Shown here: one piece after another, positions 21,671-33,481 of the stretch
Layout: every line of letters begins with the position of its first letter
Position numbering within the stretch: position 1 is the first letter of the stretch
Assembly (NCBI RefSeq): GCF_018977255.1
Contig: NW_024704745.1
Coordinates: forward strand, 21,018,001-21,082,000
Direction of reading: 5' to 3'
Length of the DNA stretch: 64,000 nt
Source of the DNA: Callorhinchus milii
Taxonomy: Eukaryota
Translations under genes and position numbers: made by a program
The notes under the pieces: generated by a model
Database searches by the model: none
Seen by the model: only the letters and a program-made list of their open reading frames with translations
Told to the model about the DNA's origin: nothing

Positions 21671-24030
21671 ACAACACAACAACAAAATTACATTTATAGA
21701 GCGCCTTTCACGTCAGAAAGACGTCCCAAAGCGCTGAACAGTCAGGTGTTGGGGTACGAGCATGGGGGGAGGGGTGTGGTGTGGTGTAGGGGTGAGGGAA
21801 GGCAGAGAGATGGGAGGGCGACCAAAGGCACGGTCGAAGTGAAGGGTCTTGAGACCAGCCTTGAAGGAGGCAAGGGAGGAAGCGAGGTAAAGGGACAGTG
21901 GGATGGAGTTCCAGAGTGCTGGGGCAGAGAGACTGAAAGCCCGGCCACCGATGGTAGGGCGGATTGAGCGGAAGACATGGAGCAGACTGGAGCCCAATGA
22001 ACGGAGGGAGCGGGCAGGTTGGTAGGGAGTCAGCAGGTCAGAGAGGTAGGAGGGGGCAAGGACATGGATGGCCTTAAAGGTGAGGACAAGGATCTTGAAC
22101 TCGATCCTCTGGGGGATGGGGAGCCAGTGGAGTCGGGCGAGGGTGGGAGTGATGTGGTCACGGAGCCTGGTGCGTGAGAGTACATGAGCTGCAGAGTTTT
22201 GGATGATCTGCAGCTTGTGAAGGGAAGAGTTGGGAAGGCCGATGAGGAGGGACTTCCCGTAATCAAGCCTTGAGGTGACGAATGCATGGGTGAGGATTTT
22301 GGCAGCCTGAGGGGTGAGGCAGTGGCGGAGTCTGGCAATGTTGCGGAGTTGGTGGTAGGCAGTGCCGGTCATGGAGTGGATGTGGGGGAGAAAGGACAGT
22401 TCAGGGTCAAACAAGATACCCAGGTTCCTGACTGGCTTAGTGAGGTTGAGTGTGCAGCCGTGGAGGCTGATGCACCCAGTGCCCGAGGTGCAGAGGCATT
22501 GGTGGACCGTTAGGCCGGATTTGAGCCAAGTGCGTTCGGCAGACTGAACCTGGCCCTTAAGCGAGCGGAGATGGCTGGTGAACCAGGGTGAGGATCGGGA
22601 ATAGGAGGCAGTTCGGGAGGTGAGGGGGGCAAGGACATTGAGTCTGGTGGAGATGGTGCTGTGGAGAGGAGTGAGTGCAGCGAGTGGGTTGTTGCGAGAG
22701 GTGGGCCAGAGGGGGAGGAGATCAGAGGACTCCAGGGCAGCGGAGAGGGATTGCGGGGAGATCTTCGTCCACGGCTGGTAGAAGATGGTGGTAGGTTTGG
22801 AGACAGTGGGGAGAGGGATATGGGATTTGAGGGAGATGAAATGGTGGTCAGAGATGGTCTTGTCAGTGATGGTGACAACCGAGACACTGAGGCCCCGGGT
22901 GATCACCAGGTCAAGCGGGTGACCGTGGGTGTGGGTAGCAGAGTGGATGTGGAGGGAGAGGTTGAGAGAGGAGAGGAGAAGTCTGAGGAGATGGAGCAGG
23001 AGGGGGTGAAGTGGAGGTTGAAGTCACCTAGGATGACGAGGCGGTCGGAGCAGAGGCAGAGGGAAGCAAAGAGAGTGCAGATGTCAGAGATGAAGGTGGG
23101 AGAGGATTTTGGGGGGCGGAAAAATAAGAGAATTTGCAGAGAGAGGTGGGAGGGATGGCAGAGAGTAAGGTGTTTGAAAGAGGGGAACGAGCCAGTGGAG
23201 TAGAGGGGTAGGGCAAGTGATGTCCTGGATATGAGGGCCACACCACCGCCACGACGGTTGGGGCGTGGGGCATGGTGGTAGGTGTAGCCGGGTGGTGTGG
23301 CCTCAGTGAAGGGGAAGGTGTCACCTGCGATGATCCAGGTTTCTGTGAGTGCCATGATGTTAATGTTCTCATCGAGGATGAGTTCATTAATGGCCAGTGT
23401 CTTGTTGGAGATGGAGCAGACATTTTGAAGTCCAATGCAGAGTGGACAGTTGGCAGGGGATGTGTGGGATGGGAGGGGGTAGTGGAATGGTTGAGAGGGA
23501 GGGTGGGGATGCAGATGAGGGAGGAGCGGTTAGCCCCCGGGGTCAGGGTCGCAGGTGGCTTGCGGCAGTAGTGAGGAATGGGGCAGTCGGTGTGGCTGCT
23601 GCTGGACAGCCAGTGCCGAGTGCCGCGATGAGCCCAGCGGAGAATTCCCAGGCTGGAGCAGAGGGAGGCAGTGGGGGGTTCAAGCAGAATAGGAGGCGGG
23701 GAGGGCGGCGAGATAGAGCAGGACAGAGCGGGAGCGTTGCAGGGAGGGGGGCATTTTGAGGGAGTGCCAGCTCGGGTCGGGGACGGCAGCCAAGATGCGC
23801 ACGCTGGGACAACAGGCGGTGGGTGTAGCAGGACATTGTCAGCCTGCAGGAGGCTGGGGTGGGGGCTAGAGTTGGCGCAGAGGGGGGAGGCCCTCATTGT
23901 GGATAGCAACAAGCAGCCTGCAGGGGAAGGACAGGGCAGACAGACAGAGGGGGGGAGGGAGGGAGATACTGGTACAGGCTGTCCTGTACTATACTATACG
24001 ATGCGGTAGCTGCTACCAGTGATTCCAGTG
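21671..24030 (-). mobile_element. L2-clade LINE retaining 5' region, endonuclease and C-terminus but lacking RT; inserted in a SINE
   Basis: MALTETW, RRGGGVAL, ILGDFN, LDLVIT and SDH endonuclease motifs joined to RNLGILFDPELSF..LHWLPI..LKTLHF. TSD ACACAACA (21663-21670 / 24031-24038); host SINE halves at 21549-21662 and 24039-24112. Confidence 0.88.
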
Positions 24031-27000
24031 ACACAACAGACAATTTGCACAATGTAATGTCCTACAAATAGCAATACAATGACCAGTTATCTGGGCGGAT
24101 TGTTAGCCAGGACTTCTGTCCCAAAACATGGGACCTGAACCTGCAGACAGGACCTCTTCCAGTCAATATTCTTTTCTGTTGCTCTCAAATGATGATATTT
24201 GGGATTGGGGAAGCATGTTAGTGTGGGGATTCCCTCAGACTGTAGCTCTGTGCTGAGGCATGTATGTGTCTGTTTGTGGGGAGGGGGATAGACATCATGT
24301 ACTGTTGGACGCAAATCTGTTTCCAGTATTGTAAAACACAGACCAGCCCATGAAAATACTTCTCGGGGAACGCAACATTCCTGAATCGTCATGGAGACGG
24401 TGACCTCAAGCAAGGTGAGTGGCATTGATTATCAAACAGCACAAAGTCAGCAGCGTTCCATAACTTATCATAACCTTGTTAATAATTGTCATAAAGAATG
24501 AGTTATGAAATCCTGCAAATTCCTCCCCTATGTTTTCATCAATCACTGCTCATCTGTTATTCTCTAGATTTGTAACAAGCAGCAATAACGGGTCACCTCT
24601 AAACCCTAATGAAGATTTACTTTTTCAGAGATTGCTGCCATTCAAAGGACAGAAAATAATTCCTGTTCATGACAAACCTTAATCGTAGTCTAGACATGTC
24701 TGGTTTGAGTGTCTCTATCTGGACTGTTGAAAAGCATTCAAAGTTGCAAAAACAACATAAAAATGACAAATCATTTGCACTTGAAGTTTGGTTATGGCAT
24801 TACTGTGAGAAGCAAACCACTTATATTGTTGGAACCATTAATAAAAATAAAACTACTCAGCATATCAATCCTGTTAGATGTCTGTTTATATCCATCCACC
24901 ACAACATGACAGTAGCATATATTTAGAGCACAGTACAGACTGCTACAGGCTGAAACAATGGACCATCTGATCCCCAAGTTGAAGGCTGATGCATTCGCTA
25001 TTTAAATATTTAACAAAAAATATCTGTAATGTAAATAAGGGCCCTAGTTTTCGACTATTATAAGAGTTGCAGGATGGGCCTTGTAATGAGTGATCATCAT
25101 GACTTGCACTAGGAATAAAAGGGCTTCCCTGAAATCAAAATACAAACCCTCACCACATAGAGTATCTCGGTATATATCGTGCAGACCAGATCATGACTTG
25201 ATTGTCAAACCACTGGGCTTTGAACATCAAAATCAGACTTGCAACATGGATGCTTCTGTGTAACCTATTAATCCCCGAGTGAAAAGTAAAAACAACAATT
25301 TATACGAGTGAGTCATCACTTTACCTCTGCCTGTGTGTCACCTACAAGCAATGAAGTCAGACAGGCACGAAAATATTCACTCAATTACAGCATCACTCAA
25401 TTAATTGGCTGCCGCATTTCTCCCATTAAATATACAGTTATTTACAATATATTCTGTGAAGTGCTTTGAGACATCTCGAAGACGTGATAAGGCGCTATAT
25501 CAAATGCAAAAATTATTATTATAAAATCCACATGAGGACACTAGACATCACAGTTCTGTTTCACTCTAACCTTATTTATGCAGGGTCACCATATAACGAG
25601 TAATATTACTAAATTTGTTTAAATTAGCAACTAAATCAATTTTGTAACAATGTAGGTGTTGAATATGAATTACCCAGATATTCAGAAGTCAGACCCACTC
25701 TTCCCCCCATCCCCGACAGAAATAACAATTGTATATTTAATGAATGTCTTTCATGTCGGGAGGACTTCTCAAAGCACTTCACAAATTCGACTGGGAGTCC
25801 GATCTGGGGACAGTGTTCTCAATGCTGAGATCCTAAAACCAGGGTTGTTCATTCGTCTTCTGGCTCGAGGGATCCCCACTTCACTAAAATATTAAACCAC
25901 GGTCTCGTTATGAGTCAGAGGGCAATATGTAACCTGGCTTTAGGATATTGGCATTGAGAACAGTGTTGAGGGGAGAGTATCCCTTCAGCACATCCAGGCA
26001 ATTCTATTCAATGATAAGGGAATCTCTTCTTTTAATTTGCAAATTAGATCCTGTTAACATTCTCAGTGTTAGCCTTTTAACTGAATAATAATCTGCAAAT
26101 TGGCGACACTAATGTAGAACATTGATATAATGTAGAAAATAGGTCCACAGACATTATTTAGTTACTTATGTTCAAGTCCTGAGTTGAACACAAATGCAGA
26201 CATTTGGTTCTCTTATTAAACTGATTCTGCACCACTTGGCGCTGTATAACTGGGGGAGGAGACAGCACTTGCATGTTGCTAAGTAACAGGCGTGCATCCA
26301 GGGAGGGTGAGTCAGAATTCATTTGCAAACATAATGGCTTTCACCATTCCCGATAGATAAAAAGGGAATTCCATGAAATAATTCCACACTGCTGATACTG
26401 AATATTGATGTCAGTAAAAATGGTGCAGGCTTTACTTAGTGATCCGTACCAATGCCAAGAAAAATGTACATTAGCATAAGTTACCATTTTGTGGTTAACG
26501 GATTGTAAATTATTCAACTACCATGGGCACAACATTTCCTGCATCATGTCAAACATTGATAAGTGTCTCCCATTCATATACAATATTAGAAAATAACCTG
26601 AATGTTATTTAAAACAGTATTACAATACATTTGGACAGTTGGCTTTCAAACTTCAAGTACAAATAATTAACGGGGACTTGCTACTTACAGGTAATGAGGC
26701 ACCCTGAAAGGGACAAATTAGTGCTTACATTTGAATAAAAATCTTCCACTGTCTCATTCAATTGCTTAACGCTGTCCTCTTTAGTTGCAACAGTTTGCAT
26801 TTCTTTGGACTCCTCGGGCGATTCCTTTTCTCAGAAAAAAAGAGCGAACAAAGAGCTTCTGTTAGCAAAATATACAGAAGCGGCGAGAAACCTAGTTAAT
26901 ATCAGCATGACAGCAAATGCTACCCTAATGGAGGGCTGCCTGGCACCAGGAGCCGGTGTGATTGAGGTGAAACCTGCAAGTCACGCTCAGCAAACCAAGA

Positions 27001-27547
27001 CGAGCTTTACATTCAACAATAATGCAGATCATCCTGTCACTCAAGTACACTCCCAGACGTGCCTCACATTAAAAGACCAAAAATTAAAGAGGCCCTCAGT
27101 AGTGATGTGTTAGATAAATTGTTTGTTAGGAGAGAACAGCCAGGAGCTGTGCCTCACATTTTTTTTACATCCCTTTTTTCTCCCAAATAATTTGCCATTA
27201 AGTACATCATTGTGTCGTGAGCCTGTAAACACATATAAAATGTTGGCAAACATGTTTTTCAAGAAGGAGATCCTTTCAATATTCTATTGGAATGATTTCT
27301 AATAGGTAATCACAAGGTAGGTTCAGATAATGAATGTTCAGCAATCCATTTGATTTCACTCCAACAGAATAGCAACCGTACTACTTTCCCATCATAGTAC
27401 AGTATCAATCTATAAATGAGTCCAGTGTCCTGACCTCAATCACTCTCTCCAGCTGCGTAAATAAATATTTCCTGCTGTCAATTTTAGAGCAGACTTTCAC
27501 AATCTTGTACAAGCTTTCTTATCTTGCTGAACAGCCAAATCTGGAAG

Positions 27548-27913
27548 CAATAATAATAATAATCCTTGTATTTGATATACATGTCGTTGAAACGTCTCAA
27601 TAAGCTTCACAGGATATACCGTAAAGTTTAGTAACTTTAGTAAATAAGCCATGGAGTGAGTAGCCAATTTTATTTGGGGGCTTTGTTGGCCAGGACACTG
27701 GAAGAAACTCCCTTCTCTTTTTGAAAAATGCCATGGGATCTTTAACGTCCACCTGAACAGGCAGATGGGACCTTGGTTTAATGTCTCATCTGATGGATGA
27801 CATTTCCAACTATCCAACACACCCTCAGCACTGCATTGGAGTGTCCCGACGTGGGGAATACGCTTACAGCCCTCTGACTCGGCGCGAGTGCTACCACTGA
27901 GCCAGGCTGACAC
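27548..27913 (-). mobile_element. Deu-domain SINE
   Basis: Head, Deu core and tail all recognisable. Confidence 0.85.
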
Positions 27914-28147
27914 ACATATTCATCTGGGTTTACTTTCTTTGTCCTGTTCATCTTATATATCTCTACAATCTCCCCTTTGAGATTTTTTTAAAAAGCTTGA
28001 AGAGCTCTCATTATTCCTGATACTTCATCCCTTAAATGGAAAATATTGCATAAGATATATCAGTCAGATTTCGCCCACAAAATATACAGTCAATTCACTT
28101 TACAGTAAATTCTGTGAAGTGCTTTGAGACATCTCAAAAACATGTTA

Positions 28148-28385
28148 AGGCACGATATCAAAATGCATGAAATCTGGTACTCTCTCCCCAAAAGGCTGTG
28201 GATGCTGGATCCACTAAAATTTTCAAGTCTGAGGTGGATAGATGTTTTGTTAGATAAGGGTATCAAGGGATATGGGGCAAAAGGAAGGTATTTGGAGTTG
28301 AAGTACAGATCAGCCATGTTCTAATAGAATGGCGGAAAATGTTCGAGGGGCTGAATGGCCTCCTCCTATTCCTATGTTCTTATAT
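28148..28385 (+). mobile_element. CR1-type LINE 3' UTR/tail fused behind a SINE tail (28070-28147)
   Basis: IWYSLPKRLW; gaggggctgaatggcctcctcctattcctatgttc tail. Confidence 0.8.
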
Positions 28386-28503
28386 TTTGTTATTGTAGAT
28401 GCACAGTAAAACTCCCTTTATTTTGCCCCAACCTCTTGTACTGATGTCTATTGATCTTTATTTGCCAATGATCAGCCAAGAATCTTGGATGCTTAATTAA
28501 TCA

Positions 28504-29062
28504 GGTGTCAGCTTGATTCAGTTTCTAAGCAATCTCACCTGTGACAAGGAATGCAGTGGGGTCAAGCCGCACTTTGAGGCTGTCCATAGATTGTGCAGTA
28601 TGAAACAGGCCATTCGGCCCACCTAATCCGTGCCTGTGTTTATATTTCACATGATTTATATTTCTCCACCCACTCCTTACCATCTCCCATACCCTTCTAT
28701 TCCCTTCTCCGTCACTTTGAATTCACAAGTCGAGGCTTCAGGGCACTGCTGGAGGTGTGCTTCATTGTTGGAGGTGTCATCATTTGGATGAGACATCAAA
28801 CTGAGATCCCATCTGCCTGTTCAGGTGGATGTTAAAAATTCCATAGAACTATTTAAAAAGATAAGGGAATTTTTCCAGGGTCCTGCTCAACAATCCCTCA
28901 AATAAAATTGATCATTGGTCATTTATGTGACATTGCTGTGTGCAAACTGCTACAAAATACAGTCACTACACTTTACAATACATCCTGTTACCATGTATAC
29001 CCTTTGAGACATCCTCCTGATGTGAAAGGTGTTATATAAAAGGGAAGGATTGTTATTATAAT
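28504..29062 (+). mobile_element. Deu-domain SINE with an antisense CR1 3' tail inserted (~28586-28710)
   Basis: The head ggtgtcagc is interrupted by caggccattcggccc (CR1 tail, reverse) and resumes at actttgaattcaca into the Deu core. Confidence 0.75.
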
Positions 29063-29577
29063 TACAACATACTACAGCCACCAGAAATGTTTGATATTCT
29101 TTCATGAATATAAACATTAGCCAAACAATATTCACAAGCTTCACACAAAAGACTCCAATTCAACTGAACAGTATAACTGTGATCTTCAATTGTGTTTTTT
29201 GTATGGAGTATGATACAGACAGTCATGATAGATCACTGCTGCATATTGCAATGCTCAACTCGGGGCAACAGCTATAAGATTTTACAATGGATGAGAATTT
29301 GCCTAGTTGAGGTCATGGGCCGGAAGGAGTCTACATGTGGGTCCATGGGAATTTGTAAAAATATTTCCGTTTCATGCCCACTCCCGTTTGGTACAAATTC
29401 TGTATACCCAGAGTCCGGTAAACCAGAGGTTTACAAAAAATGGATTTGGTCCATACTTTGTTCATTTTGTACCATCGGTGGGTGTCAGCCTCACCTCCAC
29501 ATGACTGCAATAGCAATCCATAATGTTTGAGTGACAGCTCATAACACTGTACTTAATTACCTGGAAATTCTAAGTAA

Positions 29578-30198
29578 AACGGCATGTTAGCATTCATTGC
29601 AAAAGGTTTAGAGTACAAGAGTAGGGAAGTCTTGCTGCAACTATAGGGCCTTGGTGAGACCGCACCTAGAGTATTGTGTGCAGTTTTGGTCTCCTTATTT
29701 AAAAATAGGACATACTTGCCCTAGAGGGGTGCAGCGTAGATTCACTAGGTTAGTTCCTGGGATGAGGGGACTGACCTGTGAGGATAGGCTGAATAAACCA
29801 GGGCTATATTCTCTAGAGTACAGAAGAATTAGGGGAGATCTTATTGAAACATATAAGATTCTTAAAGGGCTGGATAAAGTAGGCACTGAAGGTCTGTTTC
29901 CCCTGGTAGGAGAATCTATAACCAGGGGTCACAGTCTTAAATTAAGGGTCAGTCTTTTAGAACAGAGTTGAGAAAACATTTCTTCACTCAGAGGGTAGAA
30001 GAAGGCTGTAGATGCTCAGTCTTTGAACATCTTCAAGGCTGAGACTGATAGATTTTTAAAAAACAGGCATTAGGGGATATGGGGATAGGGCAGGTAATTA
30101 GAGTTAGGTCAGAAGATCAGCCATGATCTTATCGAATGGTGGGACAGGCTCGAGGGGCTGAATGGCCTACTCCTGCTCCTAATTCTTATATTCTTATG
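29578..30198 (+). mobile_element. CR1-type LINE 3' end
   Basis: LVRPHLEYCVQFWSPYL..VQRRFTRLVPG..RGDLIETYKILKG; ttcttat tail. Confidence 0.9.
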
Positions 30199-30964
30199 TA
30201 AAACATATCCTACAGACCAATAAATTATTGGGTGTAATTTTTAATGCATCGATATATCTAGGATCTATTGTACGCAGACCTCTCATTCTCACTGCTTTGT
30301 AAAGACCTAAAAGTTGCAATCGATGGGAAGGTGTGGATGAACCGTGAACATGTATGCAATGTGAGACTATTTGAAATTCAGCAAACTTCTGAACTTTATC
30401 CTCTGATCATCCTTTATGTTTATACAGGATACTTTTCCCTCTCGGTTTAATTCCTGAAAAATGTGTGCTGGCTGTGCAGATATACAAAGTCTCCTGAAGA
30501 ACAATTATGTGTGTCATCACAGCTGGAGCTGGATTATAACCATCTGACCTGCGAGGTGTAAGATTGCAGGAAAATCCACACATTCACACAAACAATAATA
30601 GGTTACGAAGTATAATTTTGAGGAGAAAAAGCACACTGCATGCCAGTTAACATAATGAACGAGTAGTAAACTTATGGAACAGGCTCCCTAGGGAGACTGT
30701 GGGAGCAGAAAATGCGGACCTTTGGCACCCAGTCTGACATCATGTGTGCCGGCTGCCGTGGTTCCTAAGTAATAGATCTTTTGCACAGATTCTCTCAAAA
30801 AAATTTCTTCTTCCTCATGTCGGAGTTGATTGTCCTTTTATTTTCAAGCTGAAAGTTAAATCCCAACTGTTGCCGTTACTTTACAAAGCGTTATTTGAAA
30901 ACAAATTATACTCCAAATTTCAACAATTTATTCTCAATTAACTGCAATTTTCCATTACTAACTC

Positions 30965-31300
30965 ACCTTGGATCAATGGTATCAGTACTAGGGGAATACT
31001 GCATTATCAGATGCATCCTTTGGATGAGATGTTAAACCAAGTTCCTTTCTGCCTGTTCAGGTGGACATTAAAAATCACATGGTACTATTCAAAAAATTAC
31101 GGATGCTACTCACGGTAACAATCCTCCAGATAAAATTGATCATTCACTTCATGGCTATTTGTGGAACATTGCAGTGCAAATATTGGCTGCCACGTTCACC
31201 TACGAAATATGCAATCCCTACAATTTACAATACACATCTGTGGAGCACTTTGAGATATTTTGACAATGTGATAAGCCAAGGATGATTATGTACTATTATT
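30965..31300 (+). mobile_element. Deu-domain SINE (degenerate)
   Basis: ggatgagatgttaaacc..gcctgttcaggtggac core and tail. Confidence 0.75.
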
Positions 31301-31794
31301 AAAATACAGGATTAATAGTAATATATTCCATATCACATATTTGCTGGGAATTTGCCAATGACAGGATGACACATGCATGTAATTAACAATAATGATTTCA
31401 TGTCCCAGACAACTATACTTTCATTGGTTTTCTGAGTTTGAACTAATTAAATTAGATTGGCAACTTCTAAAGTTTAAACAAATACTTGTTTGACTTCAGA
31501 TCTATCCTGATATGCAACAGGCACAAAATAATATCAGATGCATGAATCAGAATTTTATTTGGTTTGGGACTTCTAAATGATGGAAAGGACTCAAGTTTAG
31601 AATTCTGTGTTTAGATTAAGTAACTATTTTTCCAGATTTTGAGAACAAATAACTTTCTGTTATTCTGGCTAACAGGAATTTTCTGATTGTGACCTCAATT
31701 ACTTTCATTCTTCCCACAGAAATGGTGTTGTTGATGTTAAATATTATAATACAGGGTATACAAACATCACAAACAATCATTGTTTAAACATAAT

Positions 31795-32115
31795 AAACAG
31801 ACTCCTACCTTGTTTCAAGGCGCTTCAAAGAATGTACTGTAAAATGTGGTGACTGTGTATTTTATAGGTGAACTTAGCAGCCAATTGGTGCACAACAATT
31901 TCCCACAAACAGCCAAGAAGTCAATGCCCAATTTTATCTGGGAGATTGTTAGCCAGGTCACTGGGAGAAACTCTTTTTTTCAAGTGCTACCATGGGATCT
32001 TTAACTTCCACCTGAACAGGCAGATGGGAGCTTGGCTAATGCCTCATCTGAAGAACGTATTTCCAACAAAGCAGTGCACTGGAATATCAGCAAAGACTGT
32101 GAGTTCAAAGCCCTG
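31795..32115 (-). mobile_element. Deu-domain SINE (degenerate)
   Basis: Reverse-complement Deu core ccatgggatctttaac..cacctgaacaggcagatggg. Confidence 0.75.
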
Positions 32116-33140
32116 ACATAACCAACATAATAGACCGTAAATTGGCACTCGCCAAAGACAAGTCCCCAGGACAGAGATTGCATCAAGTTAGTGATGCAAA
32201 ATGAAAACCTCACAAGGTTTGTCAACATCTGCATGCTCAGAGCTAGCTCGGACCATCAGTGACAAACACCTGAATATAGGACAGACAGGCACAATGCCCT
32301 AGATGGGAGGCACCTGGAGATATAGACCCTAAAACAACAAGAAATTGAGTAAAAGTACTAGATATGAGCAGAAAATGCAAGCTTTCCCAATGTTCTCCAA
32401 TTGTGCACTTGTGATTATTATGGGAGAAAAGCAACAATTCTATTCCATTTCTTAAGTTTCCATCTTTTTTATGTTAACATTGAACTCTGAATGATTAAAT
32501 TTTCATCAACAGATTGCATGATTTATTTTTGCCGGTGATTCCTATACTCCTCCACCTCTTTCTCCTCGTAATAGAATAACAACATTTAATCTCAGTTCAA
32601 CCAGTGACACCTTTGCTGATCCACATCAAATCTTTTTAAATGAGTTGGTATTTCCTTTGTATTGTGCATTATTACACAAAGTTGTTTTGCAAATGTGTTC
32701 TCTTTTAATTCCATTCATCCTTCACAAAAGAATGGTTACGCTTCCAGCCTGGAATGACTAGGCTTGAAATCAGACAGCATCCTCCTGAGATATGGAGTGT
32801 TTCCTTACCCTTGCATTCCCATCCCCCTTTCACCGAACATGCCATCTGCTGCCACTCAATGCAAGAATACACAGATCCTGTATTATTTTTGTAGCGCTCA
32901 TACTTTACAGTTTAAAATTCCTGCACAATCATATCAGCAGCAAAAGGCCTCTGCAAAGCAAATTATCCATAGTCTGGCTCCATCTGTCATCTGTGTGATA
33001 TGTCAGTCAGTGATATCACTGAGGAGCTACAATTAAACCAGTTCAAAGGAAAGTGCTTGAATTTGTTCTGCATTTGACCCTCTTTGGCACTTAACATGCA
33101 ACAGAGGCGGTCTCAGCCTGCAGAAGATATTTCTCCCTAC

Positions 33141-33270
33141 CTGCACCGCTGCACCATTTACTGTGTTCAGAGAGCTCCTCCTGCCATCCTCCTCATAGCA
33201 CAGCTAAAACAGCAGTGATGTCACTGGCAGGAAACAGTAACCAGCATGTGACAAGCTTCTAATATATCAG
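33141..33270 (-). promoter_or_regulatory. CLCN4: Candidate CLCN4 promoter and non-coding first exon
   Basis: Non-repetitive block ~2.5 kb past the WWC3 polyA signal. Donor CAG|gtaggg at 33141/33140; CRE-like palindrome CAGTGATGTCACTG (33213-33226); GTCACATG M-box/CLEAR-like site (33245-33252); TATA-like TATATTAG (~33260-33267). TSS not demonstrable. Confidence 0.4.
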
Positions 33271-33481
33271 ACCCAGGAATAGAGCCCAGCATTCAGCATA
33301 TGGGATTCTCTCAGCAGGGGTGGCCACAAAGCTGATTAGCAATTGAAAAGGCTTGACATATACACAGCCAAATGACATAGCAACACATTTTCTTATACAG
33401 TGCAGGCTAGAGCTAAAAGCTGAAGCACTTTGAGATAGCTCAATGATGTGTTAAGGCATTGCAAGGAATATTATTATTATA

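Noticed and set aside
22286-24009. Long GC-rich ORFs on both strands (e.g. 294 aa, 180 aa) as novel genes
   Set aside because: Alternative frames and antisense reads of the C-rich L2 element; low complexity.
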